Assembly: GCA_965223265.1 (NCBI GenBank)
Contig: OZ244999.1
Coordinates: 9,088,001-9,152,000, forward strand
Direction of reading: 5' to 3'
DNA: 64,000 bases
Source: Planctomycetota bacterium
GTDB taxonomy: Bacteria; Planctomycetota; UBA8108; SXIK01
Shown here in pieces: positions 50,804 to 59,683 of this stretch (positions are counted from its first letter, which is position 1; each line of letters begins with the position of its first letter). The notes under the pieces are model-generated. The model saw only the letters and a list, made by a program, of their open reading frames with translations, did not search any database and was not told the origin of the DNA. The translations under genes were made by a program, and so were the position numbers.

Positions 50804-53155
50804 ATGAGACTCATGTCGATTCGGTCGATGCGTCCGCTGCTTCTATGTTTCCTTCCTTCGATCTTAAGTGGGGTCGCGTTCGCCGAAGAGCGTCGCATCA
50901 CAAATGCCGCGCACGTTGTCTTTCTGATCGGCGAGCGTGAGTATGATACTCGTCGCACTCTCCCGGCGTTCGCCGCCGATGAACTCATTTCGCGCGGTCT
51001 GCGCTGTACTTTTGTGCACGCGGATCCGGATGACCCAAACCAGTTTCCTGGGATCGCCGCGGTCGCTGATGCCGACTTGGTGTTTGTCAGCGTCAGACGG
51101 AGAACGCCGCCGATCCCTCAGTTGGCGTTTCTGCGTCAACATTTGGCCGCTGGGAAGCCGCTCGTGGGAATCCGTACAGCGAGTCATGCGTGGGATGCTC
51201 CACCGCCGCCCGGGCACGACCGTTGGGAACGCTTTGATCGCGAGGTTTTCGGTATGCACTACCAGCGACACTACGGCAACAAGCCGCCGGAGGATCCGCC
51301 GTCGTTGATTCGTGTTGCCTCAGCGGCGACCGATCATCCGATTCTCAAGGGCGTGCGCCGGGATGAGTTTCCTGTAACGTCCCATCTTTACCGCAATCGA
51401 GATCCGGGTGCGCAAACGACGACGTTGATGACCGGATGGGTTCCAGATCGTGGCGAACGCGAGCCGGTCGCGTGGACGAACGCGTTCAACGGTGCGCGCG
51501 TGTTTTACACGTCGCTTGGCGATCCCGAGGACCTGCGGCGTCAAGCGGTACGCCTCCTGCTTGTCAACGCCGTATATTGGGCACTCGGTGAGCCTTCGCC
51601 TGGCACGCTCTTGAGTGCCGCCGTGCCCGACGCCATCGAACTTTCGCTACGGCGGCGTGACGTCCTCACCGGAGAGGTGCAGATGACGAAGGAGCGCGTT
51701 GATCCCGTGCGGGTGGGTATCGTTGCCATCGATATGTGGAATTGGCACTGGTGCAAAACCTCGGCGGCGCGCGTCGGTGCGTTGGTGCCGCGCATGAATC
51801 GCGTCTTTGAGGCGGCGCGTCACCTCGGGATGCAGGTTTTCTTGTGTCCAACGGACGCTGTAGAAGCGTACGTGGGTACGCCGCAGCGCGAGATCGTTTT
51901 TGCCATGCCGCGCCATGCCATGCCCGATCCTGTCGACGTCAACTGTCCGCGCCCTCGCGACGGTGGTGGTTGCACTTGCGGCGTCGAGCGCTGCAAGGGA
52001 AACTACGGCTGGGACGCGATGCATCCTGACCTGATCATAGGTAGTCGCGATCTCATGCCGAACGACCCTGAGGTCCTCTACTCGATCTGTCAACAGCGGG
52101 GCATCACACATCTTATCTACACCGGTGTTCATACTCAGGTCTGCGTGCTCAACAAGTCAGTAGGTGTACGTCGTATGAAGGCAATAGGCCTCGAGTGCAT
52201 TCTGGCACGCGATCTAACCGATGCGCACGGAGTCTATCAGCCCGATGAAGGTTTCACTCCAGACGACCTGACTGCCGAGGTGATCGAGCACTTCGAGAAA
52301 CATCTGGTGGCGACCGTCGACCTTGGCGACGAGATGAGGAACGCCGGGTTCTGGGACGATTCCGTGCGAATCGATCCTGTTCGATTCGCGCCGTGGGGAA
52401 AGCGAGAGCGGCCCCACCTCTTCGAGAAGGAAGTAGTCGTGACGCTCACAGATCCTCTCCACGAGGGTGCGGAGATTCGTTATACACTCGACGACAGCGA
52501 TCCGCATGACGACTCACAACTCTACGAGCAGCCGCTCCAATTGAGCGCCAGCCAGACGGTGCGAGCGGCTTCCTTTATCGGCGACCGACAGCTCAACGAC
52601 GTCTCTGAAGGCCATTTCGTCCGGTTGGGCTCCTCGCCTCCTGCGCCCGATATTCACCTCTCAGAGATCGAGCCGCTGCGAGTCGCGGGCCCTGGCCACT
52701 CACCGTCCGCAACGCGGCATCGTTTCTCTGGGCTCTCGAATCCGCCGCAGAAAGATCGCAGCAACCGCAAGGCAGCACTGCGGATGCGCGGGCAGACGTA
52801 CGCGCGGGGAATGGGAGTTCATGCGCCGAACCAGCTGCTCTACCGCGTCGAGCCGCACTACGAGAGGTTCGTTGCGCTCGCGGGAATCGATGAAGAGATT
52901 CTTGAGTACAACAACGCGTCGAATCTCGGGCGGTTTCCTAGCGTCATTTTTCGCGTTTACATCGACGGCAAGCTGCGCGCCGAGAGCCCGGTGATGAAAA
53001 TCTCGGAAGAACCATGGCGTTTCGACGTGTCGATTCGAAAGGGCAGTCGGCAGATCAGCTTGGTCGCCACAGACGCGGGCGACGGGAACAAACTCGATCT
53101 GGCGAACTGGGCGAACGCCGGATTCGTGATCAGGAAGGCCGCGGCCGGTCGGTGA
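50804..53155 (+). CDS. Secreted ThuA-like + isochorismatase-like + Fn3-like + NPCBM multidomain protein
   Basis: Signal peptide. ThuA-like region ([21 protein letters not shown]). Cysteine-hydrolase motifs AIDMW and [15 protein letters not shown] (chitobiase/Fn3-associated). RGMGVHA ...ANWANA (NPCBM). Confidence 0.8.
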   Translation: MRLMSIRSMRPLLLCFLPSILSGVAFAEERRITNAAHVVFLIGEREYDTRRTLPAFAADELISRGLRCTFVHADPDDPNQFPGIAAVADADLVFVSVRRRTPPIPQLAFLRQHLAAGKPLVGIRTASHAWDAPPPPGHDRWERFDREVFGMHYQRHYGNKPPEDPPSLIRVASAATDHPILKGVRRDEFPVTSHLYRNRDPGAQTTTLMTGWVPDRGEREPVAWTNAFNGARVFYTSLGDPEDLRRQAVRLLLVNAVYWALGEPSPGTLLSAAVPDAIELSLRRRDVLTGEVQMTKERVDPVRVGIVAIDMWNWHWCKTSAARVGALVPRMNRVFEAARHLGMQVFLCPTDAVEAYVGTPQREIVFAMPRHAMPDPVDVNCPRPRDGGGCTCGVERCKGNYGWDAMHPDLIIGSRDLMPNDPEVLYSICQQRGITHLIYTGVHTQVCVLNKSVGVRRMKAIGLECILARDLTDAHGVYQPDEGFTPDDLTAEVIEHFEKHLVATVDLGDEMRNAGFWDDSVRIDPVRFAPWGKRERPHLFEKEVVVTLTDPLHEGAEIRYTLDDSDPHDDSQLYEQPLQLSASQTVRAASFIGDRQLNDVSEGHFVRLGSSPPAPDIHLSEIEPLRVAGPGHSPSATRHRFSGLSNPPQKDRSNRKAALRMRGQTYARGMGVHAPNQLLYRVEPHYERFVALAGIDEEILEYNNASNLGRFPSVIFRVYIDGKLRAESPVMKISEEPWRFDVSIRKGSRQISLVATDAGDGNKLDLANWANAGFVIRKAAAGR

Positions 53156-53160
53156 TGGTG

Positions 53161-53466
53161 GCAGAGGCGGAAGCAGAGGCGGAAGCAGAGGCGGAAGCAG
53201 AGGCGGAAGCAGAGGCGGAATCAGAGACAGAATCAGAGACAGAATCAGAGACAGAATCAGAGACAGAATCAGAGACAGAATCAGAGACAGAATCAGAGAC
53301 AGAATCAGAGACAGAATCAGAGACAGAAGCAGAGACAGAAGCAGAGACAGAAGCAGAGACAGAAGCAGAGACAGAAGCAGAGACAGAAGCAGAGACAGAA
53401 GCAGAGACAGAAGCAGAGACAGAAGCAGAGACAGAAGCAGAGACAGAAGCAGAGACAGAAGCAGAG
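53161..53466. repeat. 12-bp tandem array (hexamer period), 25.5 units in three homogeneous blocks
   Basis: 5x GCAGAGGCGGAA, 9x TCAGAGACAGAA, 11x GCAGAGACAGAA, then GCAGAG, read directly. Confidence 0.97.
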
Positions 53467-53492
53467 AAGAGGTGTGCCGCCAAGGGGCGTTT

Positions 53493-53666
53493 GCGGCGGC
53501 GGTATTGTCGAGCGTAACGGAAGCAGAGCCGGCCTCAAGGGTGCCCTCGCTGCGCTCGGCGCTTCGCGCCCTTGACCCCGGCTCTGCTTCCGTTGGCGGG
53601 GGTGAAACGCCGCCGCGTCGGGCGTGCGGCGAGAGTTTCACTCAACCGGTTGACCGGAGTCTTCTC
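53493..53666 (+). ncRNA. Putative structured leader (copy 1) upstream of a four-helix-bundle gene
   Basis: Perfect 17-bp stem 53516-53532/53578-53594 encloses a 41-nt core (53535-53575) identical to 54844-54884 on the minus strand. Outer pairing GCGGCGGCGGT/ACGCCGCCGC. Confidence 0.6.
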
Positions 53667-53990
53667 ATGGGCTTTCTCGCTTTGGATCACTCTGTTGGTA
53701 TCGTTCGTCAGTTGCGTCCGCTTGTCTCGCGTGTGCGTCGTCACGACTCGAAGCTTGCCGCTCAGCTGCGCGACGCGGGGTCCTCCGTGGCGCTGAATTT
53801 GGGCGAGGGCAATCGGCGCTCTGGTCGTGACCGCGGGCATCTCTGGCGTGTTGCTTCAGGCAGTGCCGAAGAGGTGCGTACGGCGCTCCGTGTTGCTGAG
53901 GCTTGGGGCTACGTCGATGCGCAGGAGACAGCTCCGGTGCTTGCGGACATCGACGAGCTGCAGGCGATGCTTTGGAAGCTGACGCGCTGA
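53667..53990 (+). CDS. Four-helix-bundle protein (23S rRNA IVP / Avd family), 107 aa
   Basis: QLRDAGSSVALNLGEG.RR...R.HLWRVASGSAEEV.TAL.VA..WGY. ATG 53667 preceded by GGAG. Confidence 0.88.
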   Translation: MGFLALDHSVGIVRQLRPLVSRVRRHDSKLAAQLRDAGSSVALNLGEGNRRSGRDRGHLWRVASGSAEEVRTALRVAEAWGYVDAQETAPVLADIDELQAMLWKLTR

Positions 53991-54002
53991 GCTTGGGGTT
54001 TT

Positions 54003-54035
54003 GGGCCCGTCGTGCTTTTTTGGCGCGGCGGGTTT
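54003..54035 (+). terminator. Hairpin just 3' of four-helix-bundle gene 1
   Basis: GGGCCCGTCGTGC pairs with GCGCGGCGGGTTT (G-U pairs allowed), ~12 nt after the stop. Confidence 0.45.
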
Positions 54036-54271
54036 GAGGCGGAACCGGAGGCAGAGACAGACCCGACAGTTGCATAAGTTTTCGCAGGAAGGGCTCAGAA
54101 ACCCTTTCCCTGAGGTTCGATCGGCAGTTGAAGGACGTCGCGGCGGACCTCACGTTTGGTGAGGTTGACGGTCTGCCGTGTTCCCCCCACGCCCACGCAC
54201 ACCCACACGCAAACTCTCACTCAATCGCAATCGCGCACGGTCTTAAGGCGTGTCTTTTTTGCAACGTTGGG

Positions 54272-54387
54272 GTCAGAGTCAGAATCAGAGACGGATGACG
54301 GATAGAGATACAGAACCAGATGACAGAGTCAGCGACGGAGACAGAATCAGAGACGAGATGACAGAGTCGGAATCAGATCCAGAAGTC
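54272..54387. repeat. Degenerate hexamer-period repeat (TCAGAG/ACAGAA-like)
   Basis: GTCAGAGTCAGAATCAGAGACGGATGACGGATAGAGATACAGAACC..., the same repeat family as 53161-53466. Confidence 0.75.
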
Positions 54388-54397
54388 GCCGTGAGCA

Positions 54398-54423
54398 GCG
54401 CCCGCTACGAAAGTAGCGGGCGC
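54398..54423 (-). terminator. Hairpin just 3' of four-helix-bundle gene 2
   Basis: Perfect 11-bp stem GCGCCCGCTAC-GAAA-GTAGCGGGCGC, 13 nt after the stop. Confidence 0.55.
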
Positions 54424-54436
54424 ATGGGCGTCTCGC

Positions 54437-54760
54437 TCAGCGCGTGAGGCCGCTGAGAAGAGCCAGGAGTCGATCGAGGGTCTGGAGAGGCACTGAGACT
54501 TCTTCGGCCTTGAGATCGCCCCAGGCCACAGAGAGCTGCAGGGCAGTCTCGACCTCCCGGGCACTGCCGCGCGCAACGCGGTAGAGGTGCAGCCGGTCTT
54601 TCCCAGCGCGCTCGGCACCCTCGGAGAGATTGAGCGCGACCGAAGAAGCAGCCCGCCGAATCTGCCGATGGAGATCGGGATCAAGCCTCCGAAGCCGCAG
54701 CAGTGGAGCCCGCAAATCGCGAATCAAACCGAGACTGACATCGAGAGCGATGAAGCGCAT
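54437..54760 (-). CDS. Four-helix-bundle protein (23S rRNA IVP / Avd family), 107 aa
   Basis: QIRRAASSVALNLSEG.ER.GKDR.HLYRVARGSAREV.TAL.L..AWG. ATG 54760 preceded by GGAGG. Confidence 0.88.
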   Translation of the reverse strand: MRFIALDVSLGLIRDLRAPLLRLRRLDPDLHRQIRRAASSVALNLSEGAERAGKDRLHLYRVARGSAREVETALQLSVAWGDLKAEEVSVPLQTLDRLLALLSGLTR

Positions 54761-54925
54761 GAGAGACCTCCGAAACGGTGAGTCAAGAGCCCGCCGCATC
54801 CGGGCGGCGGTACTCCACCCCCCAACGCGGAGCGGAGGAACTGTCAAGGGCGCGAAGCGCCGAGCGCAGCGAGGGCACCCTTGACAGTTCTGAGCACCGC
54901 GTAAGCTCGACAAGACCGCCGCCGT
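54761..54925 (-). ncRNA. Putative structured leader (copy 2) upstream of a four-helix-bundle gene
   Basis: Same 41-nt core (54844-54884), extended by a different stem (GAACTG/CAGTTC, ACGCGG/CCGCGT). Shares CGGCGGCGGT[A/C]TTGTCGAGC with copy 1. Confidence 0.6.
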
Positions 54926-54938
54926 ACGGTGACCCCAA

Positions 54939-55082
54939 CCCACACGGACTCCCACACGGACTCCCACACCCACGGGAACGGCCGACGCGCACGCCGACAA
55001 GGCCGGACGGCACACGGCGTGTGCCTGCCACGTTGAAGAGGCGCGCACCCACTCCCACACGGACTCCCCCTCCCCCTCCCAC
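54939..55082. repeat. Short 12-bp repeats CCCACACGGACT and C/A-rich hexamers
   Basis: CCCACACGGACT at 54939, 54951 and 55054. Confidence 0.7.
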
Positions 55083-55125
55083 GCAACCGCGAACCGAGTC
55101 CCAGGCATCAAAACGAGCGTCCCTC

Positions 55126-55695
55126 TCACCCTTCGATCTCGGCGCGCAGCCACGCCCGTGCCATGTACCAGTCGGCTTCGGCGGTGCGCTGTGAGACGTT
55201 GAGAGCTGTGGCGACTTCCGGCATGCTCAGGCCGCCGAAGAAGCGGAGCTCGACCACCCGGCTTTTGCGCTCGTCCATTTCGGCGAGCTTCTTGAGCGCG
55301 TCATCGAGCGCGATGAGATCGACCTCCTCCTCGCGATCCTGGGACGACTCAGCCTTGCCGATCGTGATGCGTTGCCACTCCCCACCGCGCTTCTGCGCCC
55401 CTCGGCGGCGGGCATGGTCGATCAGCACTTGGCGCATCACTTTGGCGGCGATGGCCAGAAAGTGAGCGCGACTCTCCCAATCGACCTGATCCTGATCGAT
55501 CACGCGCAGGTAAGCTTCGTGGACGAGTGCCGTCGGCTGCAGCGTGTGGGCGACGCGCTCCCGCCGCAATTGCCCTTGCGCCAGTCGTCGCAGCTCGTCG
55601 TAGACGAGCGGCATGAGCTGCCGCATGGCATCGCCCTCACCCGAACGCGCGCGTTGGAGAAGTCGGGTCACTTCTGCGGGGTCGAGTTCCGTCAC
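55126..55695 (-). CDS. ECF sigma-70 factor, TIGR02999 (planctomycete) type
   Basis: LMPLVYDELRRLA, HTLQPTALVHEAYLR, R.HFLAIAA..MRQVLIDHAR, VVELRFFGGL, W..ARAWL. Confidence 0.93.
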   Translation of the reverse strand: MTELDPAEVTRLLQRARSGEGDAMRQLMPLVYDELRRLAQGQLRRERVAHTLQPTALVHEAYLRVIDQDQVDWESRAHFLAIAAKVMRQVLIDHARRRGAQKRGGEWQRITIGKAESSQDREEEVDLIALDDALKKLAEMDERKSRVVELRFFGGLSMPEVATALNVSQRTAEADWYMARAWLRAEIEG

Positions 55696-55781
55696 GAGCA
55701 GTCGTTACCTCGAGTAACTGCTACTGTGCAACTCTCCGTACCCAGTTGCTCGCGACGACATATCAAGCGGCTCGGACGGAA

Positions 55782-57137
55782 CTATCCCATCAGCTCCGTG
55801 ATCGGCGTCGGATCGCTCGCGATGTGCACAGGGCGGCCGAGAGGAGTGTAGAGGATCTTGTCCGGGTTGATCCCGAGTTTGCGGTAGATCGTCGACACGA
55901 AATTCTCGGGCGACAACACCCGGTCCGCGGCCGAGTAGCCGTGCTTGTCGGTCGAGCCAACGATCTGTCCGCCCGGAGTTCCGCCGCCTGCGAAGAGGAC
56001 GCTCATGGCGTTGGACCAGTGATCACGTCCTGCTTTTTTGCGCCCCGGGATGAGGGAAATCTTCGGCGTCCGGCCGAATTCGCCGAGCATGACGATGAGC
56101 GTCCGTTCGAGAAGCCCTCGGACTTCAAGGTCTTCGATGAGCGCTGACAACGCCGTGTCGAGGCGTGGCACTTGGACGCGATTGCGGTCGAAGATCTCAC
56201 TGTGGTGATCCCAGCCATCGTTCTCGATGGTGATGAAGGGGACACCGGCTTCGACAAGACGTCGAGCGAGCAGGGTCTGTTGACCGACTTCGGTGCGGCC
56301 GTATCGATCACGTACACTGTCCGGCTCGCTGTGAACGTCGAACGCCTTCTGAGCTTCGGGCGATGTGATGAGCTGATGGCCTTGGGCGTAGAACTCATCC
56401 ATGGCGACGACCGGATCGGCTGCTGACTCATCGTTGATTCGCAGCAGCTCGTCGACCTCCTGCCGAATCTCCTGACGGCGCAGAAAACGCTCGCCGCCGA
56501 GACCGCGTGGCAAGACGACGTCACGGACGCGAAAATCGGACTTGTTCGGATCGCCGCCGACAACGAATGGAGCGTACTTTGCGCCGAGAAAGTTGGGTCC
56601 GCCGGAGCGCGTCATCGTTGGCAGCGAGAAGTATCCAGGCATGCCCTCGGGCGCCGTCCGTTCGTGAGCCGTGATCGATCCGAGGCTGGGATGGAAACTG
56701 ACGAACGCGCCACACGATACCGGTATGCGCGTCGGCATGCCCGTCATCATGTAGTGGTTGCCGGCGCCATGGTTGCCGTGGTTGTGGCGAATCGAGCGAA
56801 CCACCGCGAGCTTGTCAGCCATCGCGGCGAGCCGCGGCAGCGTCTCGGAGAAGCGAACCCCAGGGATTTTCGTCGGGATGGAGCCGATCTCGCCGCGGAT
56901 CTCGCTCGGAGCGTCGGGCTTGGGGTCGAAGGTCTCAAAGTGAGACGGTCCGCCGTCCAGGAAGTAGAGAATGCAACTGTCGGCCTGCCGCTCGCTTGGG
57001 TCGCCAGCCGCCCCTTGCGCTCTGAGGGCGTTGACCAAGCCCCCGCCACCGAAAAACGATACGCCACCGAAGTAGCCGCCGACTCCGAGCTTGAGACAGG
57101 ATCGACGGGTCATTCCATCGCAATTGCGACTTGCCAT
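55782..57137 (-). CDS. DUF1501 domain protein
   Basis: TRR..LK.G, FLDGGPSHFETFDPKP, LLARRLVEAGVPF, GWDHH, GEFGRTP, GRDHW. Confidence 0.92.
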   Translation of the reverse strand: MASRNCDGMTRRSCLKLGVGGYFGGVSFFGGGGLVNALRAQGAAGDPSERQADSCILYFLDGGPSHFETFDPKPDAPSEIRGEIGSIPTKIPGVRFSETLPRLAAMADKLAVVRSIRHNHGNHGAGNHYMMTGMPTRIPVSCGAFVSFHPSLGSITAHERTAPEGMPGYFSLPTMTRSGGPNFLGAKYAPFVVGGDPNKSDFRVRDVVLPRGLGGERFLRRQEIRQEVDELLRINDESAADPVVAMDEFYAQGHQLITSPEAQKAFDVHSEPDSVRDRYGRTEVGQQTLLARRLVEAGVPFITIENDGWDHHSEIFDRNRVQVPRLDTALSALIEDLEVRGLLERTLIVMLGEFGRTPKISLIPGRKKAGRDHWSNAMSVLFAGGGTPGGQIVGSTDKHGYSAADRVLSPENFVSTIYRKLGINPDKILYTPLGRPVHIASDPTPITELMG

Positions 57138-57527
57138 TTCGCCTACACTCTCAAATCCGTAAAAGGTCGCGAAACCCAGACTGCTTGGTCAGTTGTGACG
57201 CCAACAGAAAGACAGCCTAACGGAGCCTCGGAGGGGTTGAAAGCCCTTTTCCACCGGGCGCGATCAGATCGCGAACGCCAGGCAGACTTCTGATTCCGAA
57301 AATCTGCCGCCTGGCGCGCCGAGGGTCTTTGCGCCGGGGCTCGCGTCGCTTCGGTCTTGTGTTGTAACGCTTTATCTACGAATACGATGCAGCGATTACC
57401 CGAGACGAGACGTAAATTCCCGTCGCCGATCGTGGTCGCCAATTCGGCTTGCGTCGTGCCCGCGGGCCAGCTAATCTGCGGCGCTCGTCCGCGGACACCG
57501 ATCCTCCGAGCTAGCCGAGTGAGCTGC

Positions 57528-58529
57528 ATGCCTGTGGCCCGACGCCGTCTGGCGTTCTTCAGCAAGAGCAAGCGCCGTACGCTCTACACCCACTTCATCA
57601 TACGTGCGCTCGAACGCTGCGGCTGCGACGTCCTCCACGTCAACATGATCGCGTATCGCCGCTTTGTCGGTCGTCGTTTGGCCGATTGCGTCGTGAGCCG
57701 GCACGTCGAGGGTTTTCAGCCCGACGCGCTGATCGTGTTCTCGAGCGATATTCAGCCGCGGACGTTTGACGCGCTTCGGCGCCGTTTTCCGACGGCCCTG
57801 CTCCTCGACGATTGCTTCGAGCTGGATGCACCCGTGACCGAGAGGATTCTCAAGGTGGACGTTTTCTTCCACACCATGACGGGGATGCTGGAGGAGTATC
57901 GCTCGCTGGGAGTTCGCCGTCCGGTTTATCTTCACAGCGGTGTTGATCCGGAAGCGCACCGCCGCGTCGCCTCTGACCGTCGTTACGCCAGTGACGTCGC
58001 CTTCATCGGCAAGGCGATCTATCCCGCGCGCATCGAGCTTATGAAGCGGCTCGATGCCGAGTTCGACTTTCGCGCGTACGGCCGCGGTTGGGATGCCCAC
58101 GGACTCAGGGGTGCGCGCCCCGGCATCGGCGTCAGGGAGTTTCGGCGCGTCTGTGCCAGTGCCAAGGTCGTCGTCGGTATCGACAAGACCGATCAGCGAG
58201 AGCTCTACTTTTCGAATCGAACCTGGTTCGTTCTGGGAAGTGGGGGCTTCCTGTTGACTCGCTACGTACCGGGTCTGGAGCGATTGTTTGCGAACCATCG
58301 CCATCTCGCGTGGTTTCGTTCTCCGGACGAGGCCGTTTCGCAGATCACGCACTATCTGCAGCACGACGAAAGGCGTCAGTTGATCGCTGATGCTGGCCAG
58401 GCGTTTGTGCATGAACACTATCCGTTTGACCGCATGGCGCGCAACATGCTCAAAGTGTTGTTTGAGAGTGGCGAACCTGATCCGCTCACTGATCCCGGTG
58501 CGTCGCTCAAGTGTGGAGAACGTCCGTAG
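57528..58529 (+). CDS. Glycosyltransferase (CgeB / Glyco_trans_1_2-like)
   Basis: YLHSGVDP, DVAFIG, YGRGW, SNRTW..LGSGGFLLT, YLQHDERR..IA.AG. Start placed at ATG 57528. Confidence 0.8.
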   Translation: MPVARRRLAFFSKSKRRTLYTHFIIRALERCGCDVLHVNMIAYRRFVGRRLADCVVSRHVEGFQPDALIVFSSDIQPRTFDALRRRFPTALLLDDCFELDAPVTERILKVDVFFHTMTGMLEEYRSLGVRRPVYLHSGVDPEAHRRVASDRRYASDVAFIGKAIYPARIELMKRLDAEFDFRAYGRGWDAHGLRGARPGIGVREFRRVCASAKVVVGIDKTDQRELYFSNRTWFVLGSGGFLLTRYVPGLERLFANHRHLAWFRSPDEAVSQITHYLQHDERRQLIADAGQAFVHEHYPFDRMARNMLKVLFESGEPDPLTDPGASLKCGERP

Positions 58530-58548
58530 CGTTCCCGCCGCCGTGCGC

Positions 58549-59475
58549 TCATGCGTGCCGGTCGTCGTCAACTGTGCCGTAGTGTTCTTCGTCGGCGAAT
58601 TGGTATCCTGTCTTCGCGTAGCGGCGAGCACGGCGAGACGCCACCGCGCGATCGCATGCATCTCGGAGCTCAGTAAGAGAAGGAGTTGACTGCGCACCGC
58701 CGGCGCTATCGACTCGGGTGTAGGCCTCAAGAAAGGCATCCCGTACTGATTCTTCGAGGTCGCGTGGAAGGTCCAGGATTTGGCCGAAGTTGCGTTGCCG
58801 CTGCGCTTGGCTCAGCGGCGCGGCGAAGAAACGTACCGCGGTGATGTCGAGGAGCACAAAGTGCCACCCTTCCGACGTGCGGCAGCAGATCACGTTTTCA
58901 CCCTTGAGGTCGCGCTGCCAGACGCCGCGATCGTGGACTTCCCGGATCCAGGCGCCGAACGCTCCGATGAGAGAGTCGCGATCGGTCGCCGTTCGCAGAA
59001 CATGTTCGCCGAGCCAGAGATACTCACGCAGAGGGCGTCCCCCGTCGACAAACTCCGTGACCAGAAACTCCCTGCGCCGCCGCGGGCGCCGCGATGCGGC
59101 GAGAACTCTGGGAGAGTCGATTCCGAGCTGTGCCAATCGTGCGTGCCGGCGTCCATCTTGCGCGCATCGCGACACACCACCGGCCCGGTAGGCCAGCCAC
59201 CAGCGTAGCGGCACCGGCGACTGTTTGACCACGACGTCCCGTGACGAAAGCTCAAGCGCTGCCGCGATGGCCGCCGGAACCGTCACTCGGGTGACGAGGG
59301 TGTCGAACTTGCGCTTCAAAATTCGCGCCGGATCACGGTTTTCGTCGTGCGCGCGCAGCAGCTTTGAGAGCGACTCGGCGTCGAACCCAGGGTGAGCCAC
59401 AAAGGGTCCTTCGCCGCTCAGAGATAGCCGTCGCATATGTGTTCGCTGCGTGCTTTGCGATTCCATTCGACCCAA
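58549..59475 (-). CDS. Lipopolysaccharide kinase (InaA/Kdo/WaaP-like)
   Basis: VVVKQ, LGIDSPRVLA, FLVTEFV, HDRGVWQRDLKGENV, LLD. Flanked by glycosyltransferases. Confidence 0.75.
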   Translation of the reverse strand: MGRMESQSTQRTHMRRLSLSGEGPFVAHPGFDAESLSKLLRAHDENRDPARILKRKFDTLVTRVTVPAAIAAALELSSRDVVVKQSPVPLRWWLAYRAGGVSRCAQDGRRHARLAQLGIDSPRVLAASRRPRRRREFLVTEFVDGGRPLREYLWLGEHVLRTATDRDSLIGAFGAWIREVHDRGVWQRDLKGENVICCRTSEGWHFVLLDITAVRFFAAPLSQAQRQRNFGQILDLPRDLEESVRDAFLEAYTRVDSAGGAQSTPSLTELRDACDRAVASRRARRYAKTGYQFADEEHYGTVDDDRHA

Positions 59476-59683
59476 TCGCGTCGCGCCTTCATCGCTTCAA
59501 GGCGACATGATAGTACTCTGCGAACGAAAAGCAACGCGCGCCGGTCTCTTGCGAACACACGCTGGGGCATCTGTTCCTTGCTCGTGAGTCCGAACCGGTG
59601 CTATAAGTTGCCGCTACGTCACGCACGGTTTGCGTGCGAACATCCTGCTTGCGCGACTATCGTCTGCTATTCGGCGACAGTGA

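Noticed and set aside
53161-53466. Possible CRISPR array
   Set aside because: Contiguous 12-bp units with no unique spacers, and no cas genes in the window.
52700-53641. ORFs reading through the tandem array (poly-LSLL, AETE, SVSA, CFCL frames)
   Set aside because: They are open only because the repeat lacks stops, and they overlap the real NPCBM gene and the structured leader.
53472-53666. N-terminal extensions of the four-helix-bundle ORFs (172 aa and 238 aa calls)
   Set aside because: The shared core is read in different frames in the two copies, and RBS-preceded ATGs at 53667 and 54760 give equal 107-aa proteins.
53472-55153. Diversity-generating retroelement or 23S rRNA intervening sequence suggested by the Avd/IVP-like genes
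   Set aside because: No reverse transcriptase, no TR/VR pair differing at adenines and no rRNA sequence recognised in the window.
57471-58739. 422-aa minus-strand ORF (similarly 31253-32245, 29700-30647, 38307-39323, 40424-41479, 48998-50059)
   Set aside because: Antisense shadows of well-supported genes, expected in GC-rich DNA.
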